Assembly: GCA_964291285.2 (NCBI GenBank)
Contig: OZ219787.1
Location: 928,001 to 992,000 of the forward strand
Direction: 5' to 3'
Length of the DNA stretch: 64,000 bases
Source: Alphaproteobacteria bacterium
GTDB taxonomy: Bacteria; Pseudomonadota; Alphaproteobacteria; Bin95
Position 1 is the stretch's first letter. Every line of letters starts with the position of its first letter. Below are positions 28,606-39,319 of this stretch, one piece after another. A program made the translations under genes and the position numbers. Under the pieces are notes generated by a model, which did not search any database, had not been told where the DNA came from, and worked only from the letters and a program-made list of their open reading frames with translations.

Positions 28606-29583
28606 ATGCGTGTAATCCTCTGCCGCGAGCTCGGCTCGCCCGATGTGCTGACGGTCGAGGAGCGGCCCGACCCGGAGCCGGGCATGGGCGAGGTGCTCGT
28701 CCGGCAGGAGGCCTGGGGCGTCAACTATGTCGATGCGCTGATGGTGGCGGGCGGCTACCAGTTGAAGCCCGACCTGCCCTTCGTGCCGGGACTGGAAGCC
28801 GCCGGCACGGTCGTTGCGACCGGTTTCGGCATCAATGTCTTCGAGCCAGGCGACCGGGTGGTCGTGAGCCACCGGCCGGGTGCGTTCGCGGAACTGGCGG
28901 CGGCGACCTTCGACCGCGTGCGACCGGCGCCTCCCGAACTGGACATGGCGGAAGCCGCCGTGTTCCGGTCCGCTTACCACACCGCCCTTCACGCATTGCT
29001 GCAGCGCGGCCGGCTGGCGCCGGGCGAGAGCGTGCTGGTACTGGGCGCGGCCGGCGGCGTCGGCATGGCGGCGGTGCATTGCGCCAAGCGGCTGGGTGCG
29101 CAGGTGATCGCCGCGGCGGCCGGAGAGGAGAAGCTGGCCGCGCTTCGCAGGCAGGGAGCCGATGTCGTCATCGACTATCGCGAAGGCTTCCGCCAGGCGG
29201 TGCTGGCCGCCACGGGCGGGCGCGGCGTCGACGTCGTTTACGACCCTGTCGGCGGCGATGCCTTCGACGAGGCGATGCGCTCGACGGCCTGGGGCGGGCG
29301 CATCCTCGCCATCGGATTCACGAGCGGCCGCCGGCCGGTCGCCAAGGTCAACCACATCCTCATCAAGGGCATCGAGGTGATCGGCGTGCGCGCGGGCGAA
29401 GCAGGCCGCCGCGACCCGAACCTGCCCGAAGAGACCTGGCGCTATCTGACCCGCTGGGTATCGGAGGATGGGCTGAGGCCTCATATCAGCCACCGCATTC
29501 CCTTCTCCCGCGCCGCCGAGGCGCTGCAATTGGTGCTCGATCGCAAGGTCATCGGAAAGGCAGTGCTGGTCCCCGATGGTTGA
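28606..29583 (+). CDS. NADPH:quinone oxidoreductase family (MDR)
   Basis: GYQLKPDLPFVPGLEAAG, GAAGGVG, DVVYDPVGG, IGFTSG. Confidence 0.92.
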   Translation: MRVILCRELGSPDVLTVEERPDPEPGMGEVLVRQEAWGVNYVDALMVAGGYQLKPDLPFVPGLEAAGTVVATGFGINVFEPGDRVVVSHRPGAFAELAAATFDRVRPAPPELDMAEAAVFRSAYHTALHALLQRGRLAPGESVLVLGAAGGVGMAAVHCAKRLGAQVIAAAAGEEKLAALRRQGADVVIDYREGFRQAVLAATGGRGVDVVYDPVGGDAFDEAMRSTAWGGRILAIGFTSGRRPVAKVNHILIKGIEVIGVRAGEAGRRDPNLPEETWRYLTRWVSEDGLRPHISHRIPFSRAAEALQLVLDRKVIGKAVLVPDG

Positions 29584-29662
29584 GCCGTCTTGCAGGGTCC
29601 GGCGAAACGCTGGAATTGTGCCGCTTCCCGCGCAGTGAAGAAAGAGAAAGGCGCGCTCCGCG

Positions 29663-31954
29663 ATGACGCTTCCGCTTGACGGCATTACCGTCCTCGACCT
29701 CACCTCCGGCGCTGCCGGCGCCTTCGCCGGGATGCTGCTGGGCGACTCGGGCGCGCGGGTGCTTCGTGCCGTCCATGCGGCGGCGCCCCTGCATCGCGAC
29801 GGCGGCTTTACCGTCTGGGACCGGGGCAAGGAGGCCTTCGACTGGGACCCGGAAGCCGCCGGCGCGGAGGACGAACTCAAGCGCCTGCTGCCGGGCGCGG
29901 ACGTGCTGTTGCAGGATTTTGCGCCGGCGGCGGCGCAACAGGCGATGTTCGGGCCGGCGAAACTTCTGGCGCTGAACCCGCGCCTCGTCGCCTGCTCGAT
30001 CACCGCCTACGGGATGAAGGGCCGGTGGCGGAACGACCCGCCGGTGGACGACCTGGTGATGGCGCGCGCGGGCATCCCTGCGGGCATGCCGGGTTTCCGG
30101 CCCGCGCCCGTGCATGTGCCGCATCCGCTGCCGAGCACAGGTGCGGCGCTGTTCGCCTGCATCGGCGCGGCCGCAAGCCTGCTCGCGCGCGAGACGACGG
30201 GGCGGGGCCGCATCGTCGAGACCTCGCTGCTGGCGGGCGCGCTGCTCTTCCACCCGAAAGTGGTCGCCGAAGGCATCCCGCCGCTCGTGTTCCAGACCCA
30301 TCCCTCCGGCAGCGCGCCCTTCTACAGCCTCTATGAATGCGCGGACGGCGAATATATCCAGCTCGGCTGCGTGCATGAGCGCTTCATCGCCCGTGCCTCC
30401 GAGATCATGGGCATCGGCGAGCTCGTCGCGGAGCCCCGGTTCGACAATGTGCGCCGGGGCGACGGGATGACGGAGGAAGAGGAGCTTCGTGCGGCGATTG
30501 CCGGCGCGATGAAGACCCGCAATGCTGCGGACTGGGCCGCCGATTTCGAAGCCGCCGACGTGCCGTTCGCGCCGGTCCGGCAGGGCCCGGTCGTCCTCGA
30601 GGATCCGCAGATCCGGCACAATGCGATGGTGCTCGCGCTCGAAGACCCGGCGCTCGGCGAGACCGTGCAGATGGGGGCGCCGATCCGCTTCGCCGAGACG
30701 CCCGCTGACCCGAAACCGCGTTCGGCCGCCGCCGGGCCGCTCCCGGACCTCCCGCCGCTCGCGGCGGAGGCTGCGCCGGCGGCAGGCGAGGGGCAAGACC
30801 CGCCGCCGCTTGCCGGGATCAGGGTGTTGGAGATCACGAACCTCATCGCCGGTCCGACCGGGGGCCGGCTGCTCGCCGATCTCGGCGCCGACGTCATCAA
30901 GCTGGAGCCGCCGGGCGGCGACATCTCGCGGCCCATCGGGCGCAACTACTTCTACAACCTGAACTTCAACAAGCGCTCGTTTTGCGTGGACGCGCGCAAG
31001 CCGGGCGGCAGGGAAGCGATCCAGCGCGTGGCGGCAAGCTGCGACATGATGCTCGCCAATCTCCGCCCGGGCGCCACGCACCGCATGGGCATCGGCGCGC
31101 ATGTCGATCCGGAGCTGATCGAGACGCATGTCACCGGCTACGGCCTCACCGGCCCCTATTCGAAGCGGCCCGGGATCGACCCGCTGGCGCAGGCGCTGAT
31201 GGGCCTCTCCCGCGCGCAGGGCGGCAGCGGCAACCCGCCGTCCTTCGCTGCCCAGCTTGCGCCGACCGACTTCACCGCCGGCGCCATGGCGACGCTCGGC
31301 TCGATCATGGCTCTCTACGCCCGGCGGCGGGGCAGGGCCTCGCGGCGGGTGGACAGCAACCTGCTCAATGCCGCCGTGGTTCTGAGCTCGCCCTGGTTCG
31401 GTAAGTGGCGGGGCAAGGAGGAGCGGCCGCTCGCCGATTCGGGCCAGCACGGCATCGATGCCTTCCACCGGCTCTACCGGCTGCGCGACGGCTGGATTTA
31501 TGTCGCTGCGGACACGGAGGAGACGCGGGCGGCGTTGTCGGCCATGCTCGGGCTCGGCGCGCTTGATCCCGCCGGCGACGGGCACCCGGCCGAATCACCG
31601 CTCGCCCGCGCCATCGAAGCGGCCTTTGCCGACCGCCATGTCGAAGACGCGCTGGCAGCGCTGGAGGAGGTCGGCGTGCCGGCCGCGGAGGCGCGGAGCG
31701 GGGCGAGCGACGTCTTCCTCGACGACGAAACCGCGCACGCAAACGGTCTGGTCACAGAAACCCGCCACCCGACGGCAGGCAGGATGCGGATCGCCTGGAA
31801 CTATATCGGCTTCCAGGACACCGCGTCCTCCGCCGCCCGCCCGACGCCATTGCTGGGCGAACACGGCGCGGACGTGCTGGCGGAAGCCGGACTCGAAGAG
31901 GGCGAAATCGAGGCGCTCTTCGCCTCGGGCGCAGTGCTTGCGGAGCGCGGCTAG
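29663..31954 (+). CDS. Family III CoA-transferase with two fused CaiB domains
   Basis: Two repeats: PLDGITVLDL...DSGARV and PLAGIRVLEI...DLGADVIKLE...NFNKRS. C-terminal LLGEH. Confidence 0.9.
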   Translation: MTLPLDGITVLDLTSGAAGAFAGMLLGDSGARVLRAVHAAAPLHRDGGFTVWDRGKEAFDWDPEAAGAEDELKRLLPGADVLLQDFAPAAAQQAMFGPAKLLALNPRLVACSITAYGMKGRWRNDPPVDDLVMARAGIPAGMPGFRPAPVHVPHPLPSTGAALFACIGAAASLLARETTGRGRIVETSLLAGALLFHPKVVAEGIPPLVFQTHPSGSAPFYSLYECADGEYIQLGCVHERFIARASEIMGIGELVAEPRFDNVRRGDGMTEEEELRAAIAGAMKTRNAADWAADFEAADVPFAPVRQGPVVLEDPQIRHNAMVLALEDPALGETVQMGAPIRFAETPADPKPRSAAAGPLPDLPPLAAEAAPAAGEGQDPPPLAGIRVLEITNLIAGPTGGRLLADLGADVIKLEPPGGDISRPIGRNYFYNLNFNKRSFCVDARKPGGREAIQRVAASCDMMLANLRPGATHRMGIGAHVDPELIETHVTGYGLTGPYSKRPGIDPLAQALMGLSRAQGGSGNPPSFAAQLAPTDFTAGAMATLGSIMALYARRRGRASRRVDSNLLNAAVVLSSPWFGKWRGKEERPLADSGQHGIDAFHRLYRLRDGWIYVAADTEETRAALSAMLGLGALDPAGDGHPAESPLARAIEAAFADRHVEDALAALEEVGVPAAEARSGASDVFLDDETAHANGLVTETRHPTAGRMRIAWNYIGFQDTASSAARPTPLLGEHGADVLAEAGLEEGEIEALFASGAVLAERG

Positions 31955-33123
31955 GCGGCCCTGGCGGTCTGCCGCTCGCGGAAGGGCGCCATCACCTCCT
32001 TGCCGAAATGCTCGAGCTGCTCGAGCATCACCGAGAGCGGCGTGCCCATGCTGGACTGGACATTGACGTCCTCCAGCCCCGGATACTTGGCCTGCAGCGA
32101 CTCCAGATAGTCGATGAAGCCCTCAGGCGGCCCGCAATACCAGGAGCCGGCCTCGACAGCGCGCTCCAGCGTCGGGATGTTCATCTCGGCCCAGTCGCCG
32201 CGTTCGCTCACCCGCTGCAACTGCTCGGGTTTCATCGGCACCATGCCGAGCGGGGCGAACATCTTGACGTGCTCCTCGAAATAGGGCGACGCCTCGCGGA
32301 TCGCCTTCTCCTTCGTCTCGGCGATGTGGAAGTTCAAGCCGATGCAGAGGTTCTCGCCGATCTGCACATCGTGCCCGGCGCGCTCCCAGGCCTCCTTGAA
32401 GGCGACGATCGGCCGCTCCGCCATCAGCGCCGAGCCGCCGCCGACAATGCCCTTGATGCCGTGCTTCGCCATGAAGTCGAGCCCGCGCGGCTGGGCGCTC
32501 ACGATCGGCTGCCAGCATTCCACCGGCTGGTTGACCGGGCGCGGCACCAGCGTGATCTCGTCCAGCTCGTAGCCGCGGTAGGGCACGCGCGGCGGCAGGG
32601 TGTAATATTTGCCCTCGTGCCGGAAGGACTCCTCGCGGAAGGAGCGGAGCACGATCTCCGTCTGCTCCTCGAACATGTCGCGGTTGGCGTCGCCGTCCAT
32701 CAGGATGCCGCCCAGCGTCTCGACCTCGCGGGTGTGGTAGCCGCGCCCGACGCCGAAGATCACCCGGCCGCCGGTCAGGATGTCGGCGGTGGCGAAGTCC
32801 TCCGCGAGGCGGAGCGGGTGCCACATTGTGGTGACGTTGAAGCCGCAGCCGAAGCGGAGCCGCTTGGTCAGGTGCGCCAGATGCACGAAGAACAGCGGCA
32901 GGTTCGGGATGCACTCATAGCCTTCATGCTGGAAATGGTGCTCGGCCAGCCAGAAGGCGTCGTAGCCGAGTTCGTCCATGGCGACCGCCATCTTCTCGGT
33001 CTTTTCGAATACCGAGGCCAGCCGGTCGTTGTCGTAGCGCCGGTCGTTCGCCGGCGTGGCGTCCTGGCCCATGTCGTCCAGGTCGATATGCCCGGCGAAC
33101 AGGCTTCCGAAGCGCTTGATCAC
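31951..33123 (-). CDS. LLM class flavin-dependent oxidoreductase
   Basis: WLAEHHFQ, WHPLRLAED, DILTGGR..FGVGRGY. GTG start at 33123 after GGAGG. Confidence 0.92.
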   Translation of the reverse strand: MIKRFGSLFAGHIDLDDMGQDATPANDRRYDNDRLASVFEKTEKMAVAMDELGYDAFWLAEHHFQHEGYECIPNLPLFFVHLAHLTKRLRFGCGFNVTTMWHPLRLAEDFATADILTGGRVIFGVGRGYHTREVETLGGILMDGDANRDMFEEQTEIVLRSFREESFRHEGKYYTLPPRVPYRGYELDEITLVPRPVNQPVECWQPIVSAQPRGLDFMAKHGIKGIVGGGSALMAERPIVAFKEAWERAGHDVQIGENLCIGLNFHIAETKEKAIREASPYFEEHVKMFAPLGMVPMKPEQLQRVSERGDWAEMNIPTLERAVEAGSWYCGPPEGFIDYLESLQAKYPGLEDVNVQSSMGTPLSVMLEQLEHFGKEVMAPFRERQTARAA

Positions 33124-33216
33124 AGTCTCGTTCCTCCGTCGCGTCCTGCGGATTGGGTGCCCGGCGGGGAGCATACAGATGCAAGGCCCGCCGCAGAAGC
33201 CGGGCCGCTCCGCCCC

Positions 33217-34308
33217 CTACTCCATAACGATGCGCGGCGCCGCGGGGCCGGTGGCGCGGCGGTTTTCGACCTGCTGCCAGAGGCGGGCGGCGATGTCGCG
33301 GAAGGCGCGGCCCGAGGGGGAGGCGTCGTCGTCGGCCGCGGGCTCGCCGGCGTCGCAGCGTTCGCGAAGCTCCAGCACGAGCGGCACCTCGCCGAGGAAG
33401 GGAGCGCCGAGCTTCTCTGCCTCCGCGCGCGCGCCGCCCGCGCCGAAGATGTGCGTGCCTTCGCCGCAATGCGGGCAGATGAACACCGACATGTTCTCGA
33501 CCAGCCCCAGCACCGGCACCTCGACCTTGTCGAACATGGCGATGCCGCGCCTGGCGTCCAGCAGCGCGATGTCCTGCGGCGTCGAGACGATCACCGCGCC
33601 CGTCAGCGGCACGCGCTGGGAGAGCGTCAACTGTGCGTCGCCCGTGCCCGGCGGCATGTCGATCAGCAGGATGTCGAGCGCGCCCCAGGCGACGTCGCCG
33701 ACAAGCTGCTGCACGGCGCTCATCACCATCGGCCCGCGCCAGATCATCGCCGTCTCTTCCGAGATCAGGAAGCCGATCGACATGCAGGCCACGCCCCATC
33801 GCCGCATCGGCAGGAGCGTCTTCCCGCCCGCGAGCGCGGGCTTGCCGGAAATGCCCATCATGCGCGGCAGGGAAGGCCCGTAAATGTCGCTGTCCATGAG
33901 GCCGACCGCGAGGCCCTGCCGGGCGAGCGCCACGGCGAGATTGACGGCGACCGTGGATTTGCCGACCCCGCCCTTGCCGGAGGCGACGGCCACGACGGCC
34001 CCGACGCCGGGCAGTTCGATCCGTCCCTGGCCCCGTCCGGACGCCGCGCCGGAGGGCTGGCGCTCCGGCGGCGGGGCGGGCGCGGCGCGCTCCGCGGTCA
34101 GCACGACGGTGGCGCTGGTGACGCCCGGCAGGCGGGCGAGCGCGGCCTCGACGGCGCGGCGCTCATTGCCGGCTTCCCCGGCCTGGCCGGGGTCCACCTC
34201 CAGCGAGACCTGCACCGCGCCGTCCTTCGCTGCGACGCCGCCCACGCGGGCGATGCGCGCCACGGCCTCCGCTGCGGCACGGATCTCGGCTTCGGTCGGT
34301 CCGGCCAT
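33217..34308 (-). CDS. mrp: Mrp/NBP35 (ApbC) Fe-S carrier ATPase
   Basis: ASGKGGVGKST, DIYGPS, WRGPM, DMPPGTGD, VENMS..CPHC. Confidence 0.93.
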   Translation of the reverse strand: MAGPTEAEIRAAAEAVARIARVGGVAAKDGAVQVSLEVDPGQAGEAGNERRAVEAALARLPGVTSATVVLTAERAAPAPPPERQPSGAASGRGQGRIELPGVGAVVAVASGKGGVGKSTVAVNLAVALARQGLAVGLMDSDIYGPSLPRMMGISGKPALAGGKTLLPMRRWGVACMSIGFLISEETAMIWRGPMVMSAVQQLVGDVAWGALDILLIDMPPGTGDAQLTLSQRVPLTGAVIVSTPQDIALLDARRGIAMFDKVEVPVLGLVENMSVFICPHCGEGTHIFGAGGARAEAEKLGAPFLGEVPLVLELRERCDAGEPAADDDASPSGRAFRDIAARLWQQVENRRATGPAAPRIVME

Positions 34309-34436
34309 CGTCGCTCAGTGCCTCCGCACGGGGTTTCAGGATGCGCGGCCCCATTCCAACACCGGGCGCCCTGTTCTATAAGGCGCCATGCGGGAAATCG
34401 GCGGTCGCGCGCAGAACGGCAACGAGAGGTAGGCCC

Positions 34437-35627
34437 ATGCCCTGGCAGAATCAAGGCGGAGGCGGCGGCGGCCCGTGGGGCGGCGGCGGCGGTGGCGGTC
34501 CCTGGGGCGGCGGCGGTGGCGGCGGCCCGTGGGGCGGCGGCGGAGGCGGCAACCAGGGCGGCGGCGGTGGCTGGGGCGGCGGACGCGGCCCCGGCGGCGG
34601 TCCGCAGGCTCCCAATGTCGAGGAGGCGATCCGGCGCCTGCAGGACTGGCTGCGCCGGCGCATGCCGGGCGGCGGGGCCGGCGGCCGCGGCGGGCGCATC
34701 GGCATCCTGCTGGTCGTCGTCGTGCTGCTCGCGATCTGGGTGCTGAGCGGCTTCTACCGCGTGCAGACGGACGAGCAGGGCGTCGTGCTGCGCTTCGGCG
34801 AGCGCGTCGGCACCACCACGCCCGGCCTCAACTACCATCTGCCCTATCCCATCGAGACGGTCGAGACGCCGAAGGTGACGCGGGTCAACCGCGTCGAGGT
34901 CGGCTTCCGCAGCGCCGAGGAAGCGCTGATGCTGACCGGCGACGAGAACATCGTCGATATCAACTTCGTCGTCTTCTGGATCATCAAGGACGCCGGCGAC
35001 TACCTGTTCAACGTGCGCGAGCCGGAACGGTCGGTGAAGGCGGCTGCCGAGAGCGTGATGCGCGAGATCGTCGGGCAGACGCCCATCGCGGCCGCGCTCG
35101 CCGAGGGCCGCGGCCAGATCGAGGACAAGGTCAAGGCCGGCGTGCAGGGCATCCTGGACGACTACCGGACCGGCATCGAGATCACCAATGTGCAGCTCCT
35201 CAAGGTCGATCCGCCGAACCAGGTGGTCGATGCCTTCCGCGACGTGCAGCGCGCCCGCGCGGACCAGGAGCGGCTGCGCAACGAGGCGGAAGCCTACGCC
35301 AACGACATCATCCCCCGCGCGCGCGGCGAGGCGGAGCGGCTGGTGCAGGAGGCGGAGGCCTACAAGCAGGAGGTCGTGGCACGCTCCGAAGGCGACGCCC
35401 AGCGCTTCACCCAGGTCTATACGGCCTTCAGGGCCGCCAAGGACGTGACCACCAAGCGCATCTATCTGGAGACGATGGAGGAAATCTTCGCCAACGCGGA
35501 GAAATACGTCATCGACCAGGGCGGCGGGGCGTCCGGCGTGGTGCCATACCTGCCGTTGCCCGAGGTGCAGAAGCGGATCAAGGCGAATGAGGCCGGAACG
35601 CAATCCGGCGCGGGAGACCTGCAATGA
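34437..35627 (+). CDS. hflK: FtsH protease modulator HflK
   Basis: MPWQNQGGG...GPWG N-terminus, one TM segment, MLTGDENIVD, DAFRDVQ, RIYLETME. Confidence 0.95.
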   Translation: MPWQNQGGGGGGPWGGGGGGGPWGGGGGGGPWGGGGGGNQGGGGGWGGGRGPGGGPQAPNVEEAIRRLQDWLRRRMPGGGAGGRGGRIGILLVVVVLLAIWVLSGFYRVQTDEQGVVLRFGERVGTTTPGLNYHLPYPIETVETPKVTRVNRVEVGFRSAEEALMLTGDENIVDINFVVFWIIKDAGDYLFNVREPERSVKAAAESVMREIVGQTPIAAALAEGRGQIEDKVKAGVQGILDDYRTGIEITNVQLLKVDPPNQVVDAFRDVQRARADQERLRNEAEAYANDIIPRARGEAERLVQEAEAYKQEVVARSEGDAQRFTQVYTAFRAAKDVTTKRIYLETMEEIFANAEKYVIDQGGGASGVVPYLPLPEVQKRIKANEAGTQSGAGDLQ

Positions 35628-36511
35628 TGAGGCATGCGGCGCTTTTCGGCGGCGCGATCCTGCTGATCGTGCTCGCCATCCTCGCGGCCAGCGCGCTGTT
35701 CACCGTCCACCAGACGCAGCAGGCCATCGTCATGCAGTTCGGCAACCCGAAACGCGTGGTCCAGGAGCCGGGGCTGCATGTGAAGGCGCCCTTCTGGCAG
35801 AACGTGGTCTATTTCGACGCCCGCGTGCTGGACTTCGCGCCGCAGGGCGAGGAGATCATCACCTCGGACCAGAAGCGCATCGTGGTGGACAGCTTCGTGC
35901 GCTACCGCATCGACGACCCGCTCAAATTCTTCCAGTCGGTCGGCACCGAAACCCGCGTCCAGAGCCGGCTTGCCGGCGTGGTCGTCTCCAGCCTGCGGCG
36001 CGTCGTCGGCAATAACAGCTTCAGTTCGATCCTCTCCGAGGAACGCGGCGACATCATGGCCAATATCCAGAGCGAGGTGAACGCGGCGGCCACGGAGTTC
36101 GGCATCGAGATCGTCGATTTCCGCGTGCGCCGCACGGACCTGCCGGACGCCAATGCGCAGTCGATCTACCAGCGCATGCGCACCGAGCGCGAACGCGAGG
36201 CCAAGGAGTTCCGCGCCCAGGGCGCCGAGGTGGCGCAGCGCATCCGCGCCCGCGCCGACCGCGAGCGCACGGTGCTGATCGCCGAGTCGCAGAAGAAGTC
36301 GCAGATCCTGCGCGGCGAGGGCGATGCGGACGCGATCCGCATCTATGCCGAGAGCTTCGGGCAGGACCCGGACTTCTTCGCCTTCTACCGCTCGATGGAG
36401 GCCTACCGGAACGCGCTCGGCAAGGAGAACACGACGCTCGTGCTGAGCCCGGACAGCGACTTCTTCGACTTCTTCGGCGACATCTCCGGCAGGGCTTCAA
36501 GAAGCGAGTAA
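35624..36511 (+). CDS. hflC: FtsH protease modulator HflC
   Basis: EPGLHVK, RMRTEREREA, GEGDA, FFAFYRSMEAY. Follows hflK. Confidence 0.95.
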   Translation: MMRHAALFGGAILLIVLAILAASALFTVHQTQQAIVMQFGNPKRVVQEPGLHVKAPFWQNVVYFDARVLDFAPQGEEIITSDQKRIVVDSFVRYRIDDPLKFFQSVGTETRVQSRLAGVVVSSLRRVVGNNSFSSILSEERGDIMANIQSEVNAAATEFGIEIVDFRVRRTDLPDANAQSIYQRMRTEREREAKEFRAQGAEVAQRIRARADRERTVLIAESQKKSQILRGEGDADAIRIYAESFGQDPDFFAFYRSMEAYRNALGKENTTLVLSPDSDFFDFFGDISGRASRSE

Positions 36512-36536
36512 GCGCACCGCCGGCCCCGCCCGCCCG

Positions 36537-36743
36537 ATGGAGGATTTCCCCCTCGGCGACTTCCTCGCCGCGCTCGGCCTCGCCCTGGTGCTGGAAGGCG
36601 CCGTCTGGCTCGCCGCGCCGCAGTCCATGCGCCGCTTCATGCTCCGCCTCGCCGGCTACTCCCCCGCCATCCTCCGCTTCTGCGGCCTGACCGCGGCGAT
36701 GCTGGGGCTGGCGGTGGTCTGGGCGGCGAGAAGGTGGGTGTAA
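36537..36743 (+). CDS. DUF2065 family small membrane protein
   Basis: LAALGLALVLEG...LRFCGL. Usual position after hflC. Confidence 0.85.
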   Translation: MEDFPLGDFLAALGLALVLEGAVWLAAPQSMRRFMLRLAGYSPAILRFCGLTAAMLGLAVVWAARRWV

Positions 36744-36770
36744 GGAAGCGCCCCGAGTTCGGGCAGTGTC

Positions 36771-37433
36771 TCACTTTGACTTTTTCGGCCACGGGCCAGC
36801 GGCGGCGATAGAGGAGGGCAGCCCCGCGTCACGGACGATTGCCGGATCGACGGCATAAACGCGCAAACCGTTCTTCCACCATTTCGAGTAGAGATCGTCG
36901 ATTTGGGAGCGGATACGCCAGCAATACCGCAGCAACACTTCGGCCGCCTCCAGCCGAATGAGATAGCCTCTGCCGCTCATGCGCCTGCGGCACTGGATGA
37001 GCCGCCGGCTGCTGTCCAGCGCGGCGACCATGCGGACCATCCGCTGTGGCCTTTTCGTTTCGGCGAGATAGGCGACATCCCATTCGTCCTGAAGGGACAT
37101 GATCTCCGCGACGGTCTCCCGGAACCCGTCCTCCAGCCGCGCGTCGTCTTCCAAGATGAGCGCACAGGGCGTCCGGGTCTCGACCAGGCGCTCCCACAAG
37201 CCGTAGTGTGACAGGAAGCAACCGACCTCGCCTGGGCGCAGGTTGCGACGCCGCATGATGCGGAACCACATAGTGTCCAGACGATCAGCAAAGCTCGCGA
37301 CATCAAGCGCCGCGCCGTCCACGCCTTCGAAGAATTCGAAGTCGAAGCCGGTCAGTTCCTGCGCCATGAGGGCGCGGCGTTCCGGCTCACGGGTGAGGGA
37401 AATAACGAAGATAGGCGGCGTTGCGCTCGACAT
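36771..37433 (-). CDS. Glycosyltransferase family 25
   Basis: FVISL...ERR, FFEGVDG, GEVGCFLSH, LILEDD. Confidence 0.9.
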   Translation of the reverse strand: MSSATPPIFVISLTREPERRALMAQELTGFDFEFFEGVDGAALDVASFADRLDTMWFRIMRRRNLRPGEVGCFLSHYGLWERLVETRTPCALILEDDARLEDGFRETVAEIMSLQDEWDVAYLAETKRPQRMVRMVAALDSSRRLIQCRRRMSGRGYLIRLEAAEVLLRYCWRIRSQIDDLYSKWWKNGLRVYAVDPAIVRDAGLPSSIAAAGPWPKKSK

Positions 37434-37517
37434 GACGGACCTCGCAAGATCGTGCCCCCGCGGGTGGTGTAAGAGCCTGGCGTCCGTAGCGGTGTCCGGC
37501 GGGTAGGGCCGGAACGC

Positions 37518-38720
37518 TCAGGCTGCCACGGCGGGCAACTTGACGGTTGTATTGTCGCTCACGGGAGCGATGGATTCCAGCGTCATGTATCTGGCTCTCT
37601 GGACTGCCCATTCATCGTTCTGCTCGAGCAGGATTGCGCCGATCAGCCGGGTGATGGCGTCCTCGTTGGGGAAGATGCCGACGGTGTTTGTGCGCCGCTT
37701 GATCTCGCCGTGGAGGCGTTCGAGCGGGTTTGTCGAGTGCAGCTTGGCGCGGTGCGCGGCCGGGAAGGTCATGTAGGCGAGAACATCGTGCTCGGCCTCG
37801 TCCATGATGGCGGCGAGCTTTGGCGCCTTGGGCCTGAGCTGGTCGGCGACCTGGCGCCACTGGGCGGAGGCGCTGTCTGCATCCTCCTGGGCGAAGGCGG
37901 TAGTGACGAAGGCGGAGACGACGCGCCGGCCCTGCTTGCCGGCATGGGCGAGCAGGTTGCGCATGAAGTGGACGCGGCATCTCTGCCAGGTGGCGCCGAA
38001 GATGCGGGTGGCGGCGGCCTTCAGGCCCTTGTGGTCGTCGGAGATCACCAGCTTGACGCCGCGCAGGCCGCGGCGGGCGAGCGAGCGCAGGAAGTCGGTC
38101 CAGAAGGTCTCGGCCTCGGACGCGCCGATCGCCATGCCGAGCACCTCGCGCCGGCCCTGATCGTTGACCGCCACCGCGATGGTGACCGCGACCGAGACGA
38201 CGCGCCCGGCCTCGCGCATCTTCACATAGGTCGCGTCAAGCCAGAGATACGGCCAGTCGCCCTCCAGCGGCCGGTCGAGGAAGTCGCGGATCTTGTCGTC
38301 GATCTCGCCGCACAGCCGCGACACCTGGCTCTTGGAGATGCCCGACATGCCCATCGCCTGCACCAGGTCGTCCACCGAGCGGGTCGATACGCCCTTGATG
38401 TAGGCCTCCTGGATCACCGCCGTCAGCGCCTTCTCCGCCATCCGCCGCGGTTCAAGGAAGCCCGGGAAGTAGCTCCCCTTGCGCAGCTTCGGGATCTTCA
38501 GTTCGACCGTGCCGGCCCGCGTCTCCCAGACCCGGTCCCGGTAGCCGTTGCGCTGCGTGATCCGGTCCGGCGAGCGCTCGCCGTGCGCGGCGCCCGCAAG
38601 GCCCTCAACCTCAAGCGCCATCAGACGCGCGGCCGTGAACCCGATCATCTCGCGAAGCAGGTCGGCGTCGGAACTCTTCTCCAACAGCGCCCGCAGGGTC
38701 ATCATGTCGGTGGTGGTCAT
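37518..38720 (-). CDS. IS256 family transposase
   Basis: [53 protein letters not shown]. Confidence 0.95.
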   Translation of the reverse strand: MTTTDMMTLRALLEKSSDADLLREMIGFTAARLMALEVEGLAGAAHGERSPDRITQRNGYRDRVWETRAGTVELKIPKLRKGSYFPGFLEPRRMAEKALTAVIQEAYIKGVSTRSVDDLVQAMGMSGISKSQVSRLCGEIDDKIRDFLDRPLEGDWPYLWLDATYVKMREAGRVVSVAVTIAVAVNDQGRREVLGMAIGASEAETFWTDFLRSLARRGLRGVKLVISDDHKGLKAAATRIFGATWQRCRVHFMRNLLAHAGKQGRRVVSAFVTTAFAQEDADSASAQWRQVADQLRPKAPKLAAIMDEAEHDVLAYMTFPAAHRAKLHSTNPLERLHGEIKRRTNTVGIFPNEDAITRLIGAILLEQNDEWAVQRARYMTLESIAPVSDNTTVKLPAVAA

Positions 38721-38785
38721 CGTGGTACTCCTCCGGTCAGGTGGACTGTGACAGCCCAACCCTAACCGGCACCGCGATGGCCTCC

Positions 38786-38853
38786 GCTGTGGGTAAGTGG
38801 CCCGCCGCCGCCTGACTCCAGACGGTCGCGGCGGCGGGCCACTTACCCACAGC
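38786..38853. repeat. 26-bp perfect inverted repeat inside the IS256 upstream end
   Basis: GCTGTGGGTAAGTGGCCCGCCGCCGC ... GCGGCGGCGGGCCACTTACCCACAGC with a 16-nt loop. Confidence 0.85.
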
Positions 38854-39319
38854 TACCACCGGAAGCTTCAGCTCCTACACCACCCCTGGGGACACGACCA
38901 CCTCGCAAGGCCCGACCGGGTGCCGGGCCGTTGCAATCACCGCACGAGGCTTAGTCGTGAGAGACCCCGCCTATTCGCCGGGCTCCGGGTGATCGGCCCG
39001 GTGCCGGGTTTCGGCTGTTGTATTTGACGGGCGACCCGACAGAGCGGGAAGCCTCATTCGGTGATTGCGGAAGTCAGTCTGCGTTCCGAAAACCATTGAT
39101 GCAAGCGCAGCATGGCCGCATTGATGCCGTGGCGCCGATCTTCGGGTGCCCGGTGAGCCGGCTTCCGGGGATGGACAATTGCCGGCAGGACGGCAGAACC
39201 GAAGGTAGAGTTTTGTTCAAAACATTTGAACTAATTCTCCATACATACTTGATAACGGAGAATCTAAGGCTATCTTGGATCAAGAGCAGGCGGTGCCCTT
39301 CGCGTGTCGGCCAGGGCCG

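Larger units (their letters stand above)
37448..38899 (-). mobile_element. IS256 family insertion sequence
   Basis: Imperfect terminal IR GATCGTGCCCCCGCGGGTGGTGTAAG / CCTACACCACCCCTGGGGACACGACC. 9-bp target duplication ACCTCGCAA at 37439-37447 and 38900-38908. Confidence 0.9.

Noticed and set aside
34455-34600. GGC-rich tandem repeats
   Set aside because: They encode the usual Gly-rich GPW N-terminus of HflK.
39018-39300. Short ORFs in the AT-richer patch between IS256 and the autotransporter
   Set aside because: No motifs or convincing RBS. More likely the displaced GT25 upstream region.
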